DNA of 64,000 nucleotides, taken from an uncultured Pelagibacteraceae bacterium (lineage in GTDB: Bacteria > Pseudomonadota > Alphaproteobacteria > Pelagibacterales > Pelagibacteraceae). The first letter of the stretch is position 1. Each line of letters starts with the position of its first letter. Positions 61,360-64,000 of the stretch are shown here, in pieces. The notes under the pieces were generated by a model, which was given only the letters and a program-made list of their open reading frames with translations, ran no database searches and had not been told where the DNA came from. The DNA lies in NCBI GenBank assembly GCA_902609915.1, contig CACLTO010000003.1, positions 3,806 through 67,805 on the forward strand, in the 5' to 3' direction. Both the position numbers and the translations under genes were made by a program.

Positions 61360-61542
61360 ATGGCTGTACCTAAACGAAAACAAACACCTTCAAGAACTGG
61401 AATGAGAAGATCACAAAATATGAAATTTTCGTCAAAAAACATTGTTGAAGATAAAAAAACTGGTGAATATAGATTATCTCATCACTTAGATTTAAAAACA
61501 GGCATGTATAAAGGCCGTCAAGTTATAGACCCCAAGGATTAA
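61360..61542 (+). CDS. rpmF: 50S ribosomal protein L32, Zn-free form
   Basis: [17 protein letters not shown]. Confidence 0.97.
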   Translation: MAVPKRKQTPSRTGMRRSQNMKFSSKNIVEDKKTGEYRLSHHLDLKTGMYKGRQVIDPKD

Positions 61543-61559
61543 ATCTACTAATATTAGAA

Positions 61560-62561
61560 ATGTCTAATTTTGTTAAAATTGCAGTTGATGCAATGGGTGG
61601 TGACAACTCACCCAAAAAAATTATTGACGGGATCATTCATAATCATAAAAAAAATAAAGATACTTTTTTTAAAATATTTGGAGAAAAAGAGCAAATTGAG
61701 AAAATAATAGATAAAAATATTCATAGAAATTTTTATGAAATAATACACACAGAAAATTTTGTTCTTAGCTCAGACAGTCCACTAGAAGCTGCAAAGAAAG
61801 GAAAGAACACGAGCATGTGGCTTGCTATAGAGAGTGTAAAAAAAAAGGACACAGATATAGTAATTTCTGCCGGTAATACAGGAGCCTTATTGGTTATTGC
61901 TAAATTAAATTTAAAGATGATCGAAAATATTGATAAACCGGCTTTGTCAGCACTTTGGCCAAACAAAAATGGAATGAGTGTTGTTTTGGATTTGGGTGCT
62001 AATATTGAATGTAGTTCTAAAAACTTATTTGATTTCTCGATTATGGGTGCATCTTTATATACCTCACTTTATCCTAATGAAAAACCAAACATAGGTTTAT
62101 TAAATATTGGGTCCGAGGAACTAAAAGGTAATGAAATTATTAAAGAAACATTTAAGATTTTAAATAATAAAGAATCAATCAATTACAACTTTGCTGGTTA
62201 CATAGAGGGAAATCAAATAATGGATGGTGACATTAATGTAATAATTTCTGACGGATTTACAGGAAATATTGCGTTAAAAACTGCAGAAGGGACAGCAAAT
62301 TTTATAGTCAAAGAATTAAAAAAAACAATGACTAATTCGATATTAGGTAAGATTTCCGCAGCTTTAAATTATGTGAACCTTAATAAATTTAAAAAACGTC
62401 TTGATCCTAGACTATATAATGGAGCAATATTTTTAGGATTGGACTCACCAGTTGTAAAAAGTCATGGAGGAACAGATTTTATTGGTTTTTCAAACTCATT
62501 AGATGTCTGCAATAAAATTGTTAAAGGGAACTTAATAGAAAAAATTAAAAAAAACATTTAG
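61560..62561 (+). CDS. plsX: Phosphate acyltransferase PlsX
   Basis: AVDAMGGD, SAGNTGA, LDLGAN, DGFTGNIALK, KSHG. Confidence 0.98.
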   Translation: MSNFVKIAVDAMGGDNSPKKIIDGIIHNHKKNKDTFFKIFGEKEQIEKIIDKNIHRNFYEIIHTENFVLSSDSPLEAAKKGKNTSMWLAIESVKKKDTDIVISAGNTGALLVIAKLNLKMIENIDKPALSALWPNKNGMSVVLDLGANIECSSKNLFDFSIMGASLYTSLYPNEKPNIGLLNIGSEELKGNEIIKETFKILNNKESINYNFAGYIEGNQIMDGDINVIISDGFTGNIALKTAEGTANFIVKELKKTMTNSILGKISAALNYVNLNKFKKRLDPRLYNGAIFLGLDSPVVKSHGGTDFIGFSNSLDVCNKIVKGNLIEKIKKNI

Positions 62562-62565
62562 GAAA

Positions 62566-62862
62566 ATGAGATTAAATTTAACTAAAAAGGACTTAATTAA
62601 TATTATCTATATGCAATTAGGTTTCTCAAAGCAAGTTTCCGAAATCTTAATGAATGATTTTTTATCTACAATAATTCACAATATTAAAAATGAAAAAAAA
62701 TTGAAATTATCCAAATTTGGAACATTTACAGTAAGACAAAAAAAATCTCGTATTGGAAGGAATCCAAAAACAAAAGAATCAAAAGTCATTTCAAGTAGAA
62801 ATGTAGTGTTATTTAAACCATCTAGAGAATTTAAAGAATTTGTTAATTCAAAAAATGACTGA
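62566..62862 (+). CDS. ihfA: Integration host factor alpha (HU/IHF family)
   Basis: LTKKDL, FGTF, GRNPKT, FKPS; position before the MerR gene. Confidence 0.88.
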   Translation: MRLNLTKKDLINIIYMQLGFSKQVSEILMNDFLSTIIHNIKNEKKLKLSKFGTFTVRQKKSRIGRNPKTKESKVISSRNVVLFKPSREFKEFVNSKND

Positions 62863-63238
62863 TAAATTTGATACTGCTTATAAGACAATAGGGGAAGTAA
62901 CCAAAATACTCAATCTTAAATCCAAAAAAAATAGTTCTTTACCTACTCATACTATCCGTTTTTGGGAAAAACAATTTAAGCAAGTAAAACCAAAAATTTT
63001 TAATTCAAATAGAAGGTATTATGATGAAAAGACAATTAATGTTTTAAAAAAAATTAAGTTTCTTCTCAAAGATCAAGGTATGACAATAAATGGTGTTAAA
63101 AATATCTTAGATAATAGTAGAAATAAAGAACTTTTAAATCTTGACGAAATTTCAAATAATTCTATAAAAGCTGAAAATTTAAAAAATAAATTAATTAGGA
63201 TTAATAAAATTATAAAAAATTTAAAAACTTATAAATAA
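62855..63238 (+). CDS. MerR-family HTH protein; start ATG 62855
   Basis: YKTIGEV, HTIRFWEKQF, RRYY, GMTINGV. Confidence 0.92.
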   Translation: MTDKFDTAYKTIGEVTKILNLKSKKNSSLPTHTIRFWEKQFKQVKPKIFNSNRRYYDEKTINVLKKIKFLLKDQGMTINGVKNILDNSRNKELLNLDEISNNSIKAENLKNKLIRINKIIKNLKTYK

Positions 63239-63429
63239 TGCCAAAAAAAACGCACATTAAGGTAAGATTAGTTCCAGAGGGTAAACCTGATAGCTCCTTT
63301 TTCTACTATGTAAAAAAACCAGCTGGTGGTGAAAAGGCAAAAGTGAAATTATCAGCTCGTAAGTACAATCCAGAAACAAAAAAACACGAACTTTTTATAG
63401 AAAAAAAACTCCCACCGCATAGTAAATAA
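63238..63429 (+). CDS. rpmG: 50S ribosomal protein L33, Zn-free form
   Basis: KVRLV, FYYVKK, KL, KYNP, H.LF.EKK. Confidence 0.92.
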   Translation: MPKKTHIKVRLVPEGKPDSSFFYYVKKPAGGEKAKVKLSARKYNPETKKHELFIEKKLPPHSK

Positions 63430-63720
63430 CTATTTTTTTTTAAAATTTCTTTTTTCGTAATCTATATAAGACCAAATCATATTCTTCCAAATACGATTAG
63501 TAATTTTGGGGTCAACTTTGTTTAAAATTGATTTTCTTCTAATATTTTTTAAGATTATTTTTATTCTTTTATTATCGATTATCTGATTTTTTTTGTCTTT
63601 TAGCTTTAGAACTTTTTTGACAAGGTTTGTTCTTTTTTTTATTATTTTTATGAGTGAATTGTCCAATTTATCCAATTCTAATCTAATTTTTTCAAGTTTT
63701 TTTTTTTTTAATGGCGACAT
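63430..63720 (-). CDS. Chorismate mutase type II (AroQ-like)
   Basis: LEKIRLELDKLD, R...K, IIDNKR; small all-helical protein. Confidence 0.82.
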   Translation of the reverse strand: MSPLKKKKLEKIRLELDKLDNSLIKIIKKRTNLVKKVLKLKDKKNQIIDNKRIKIILKNIRRKSILNKVDPKITNRIWKNMIWSYIDYEKRNFKKK

Positions 63721-63763
63721 TTATATATTTGGATAATCTTAAAATTATTATATTTATCCGAAT

Positions 63764-64000
63764 ATGTACACATCAAATACAAGAATTAATAACCAACTGA
63801 TAACATGGTTGAGTAGCATGTTTTTCATTGTATCAATCATGATTATTGTTGGCGGATTAACAAGACTTACTGACTCTGGACTGTCAATAACAGAATGGGA
63901 ATTATTTTCAGGTTTTTTTCCACCTTTAAGTCAAAATGAATGGATATTATATTTTAATCTTTATAAAGGAATACCTGAATTTAAATTACAAAATTTTGAT
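63764..64000 (+). CDS. ctaA: Heme A synthase (COX15/CtaA), 3'-truncated by the window edge; not in the ORF track
   Basis: Translated by hand: MYTSN...MIIVGGLTRLTDSGLSITEWELFSGFFPPLSQNEW...PEF. Confidence 0.95.
   Translation, partial: MYTSNTRINNQLITWLSSMFFIVSIMIIVGGLTRLTDSGLSITEWELFSGFFPPLSQNEWILYFNLYKGIPEFKLQNFD

Noticed and set aside
1256-62854. Long N-terminal extensions or overlaps in the ORF track for rpsJ, rpsC, rpmC, panC, ugd, gatB, folK, hemB, ribD and merR
   Set aside because: Artefacts of longest-ORF start choice. Downstream ATGs match the family N-termini, so these are not fusions or frameshifts.
2909-62888. Many 60-176 aa ORFs antisense or out of frame to known genes (e.g. 10332-10712, 24875-25405, 29552-29914, 34639-34995)
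   Set aside because: They lie within or largely overlap well-conserved genes and have no recognisable motifs; they are shadow ORFs expected from codon bias.
1-64000. CRISPR arrays, IS elements, prophage, restriction or defence systems, tmRNA near smpB
   Set aside because: No repeat-spacer periodicity, transposase, integrase or phage genes were seen, and no intergenic gap is large enough (all are under about 80 nt).

Overview
Very AT-rich, gene-dense housekeeping region of a streamlined alphaproteobacterium. Gene content, gene order and composition point to SAR11 / Ca. Pelagibacter (inference). In order: 3' part of fusA and the S10-spc-alpha ribosomal superoperon; rluC-like, lipB, mgtE, panC, galU-ugd, ridA, topA, plsY, pyrC'-pyrB, ruvX; gatCAB followed by an O-methyltransferase, trhO, a MATE transporter and an SNase; an incomplete ABC importer plus soxBDAG; tRNA-Ser(GCT), lytic transglycosylase, dapA-smpB-folK-rel/spoT-pyrE-pdxJ-acpS-lepB-rnc-recO, hemB; a 2OG-Fe(II) oxygenase heading rpiB-glyA-nrdR-ribD-ribE-ribB(X)-ribH-nusB-thiL; hppA, bamE, Cbp3-like, rpmF-plsX-ihfA-merR-rpmG, chorismate mutase and 5' ctaA. 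I saw no mobile element, CRISPR array, prophage or defence system. Best leads, all hypotheses: (1) a TrmR-like O-methyltransferase translationally coupled to trhO, a possible two-gene mo5U34 tRNA-modification module in a Gram-negative; (2) a cyclohexadienyl-dehydratase-like binding protein and a lipobox-bearing permease, with no ATPase, downstream of soxBDAG; (3) an uncharacterised 2OG oxygenase upstream of a GlyA with a divergent PLP loop; (4) a Rel/SpoT missing much of its regulatory region. All assignments come from motif recognition by eye; no database searches were run.
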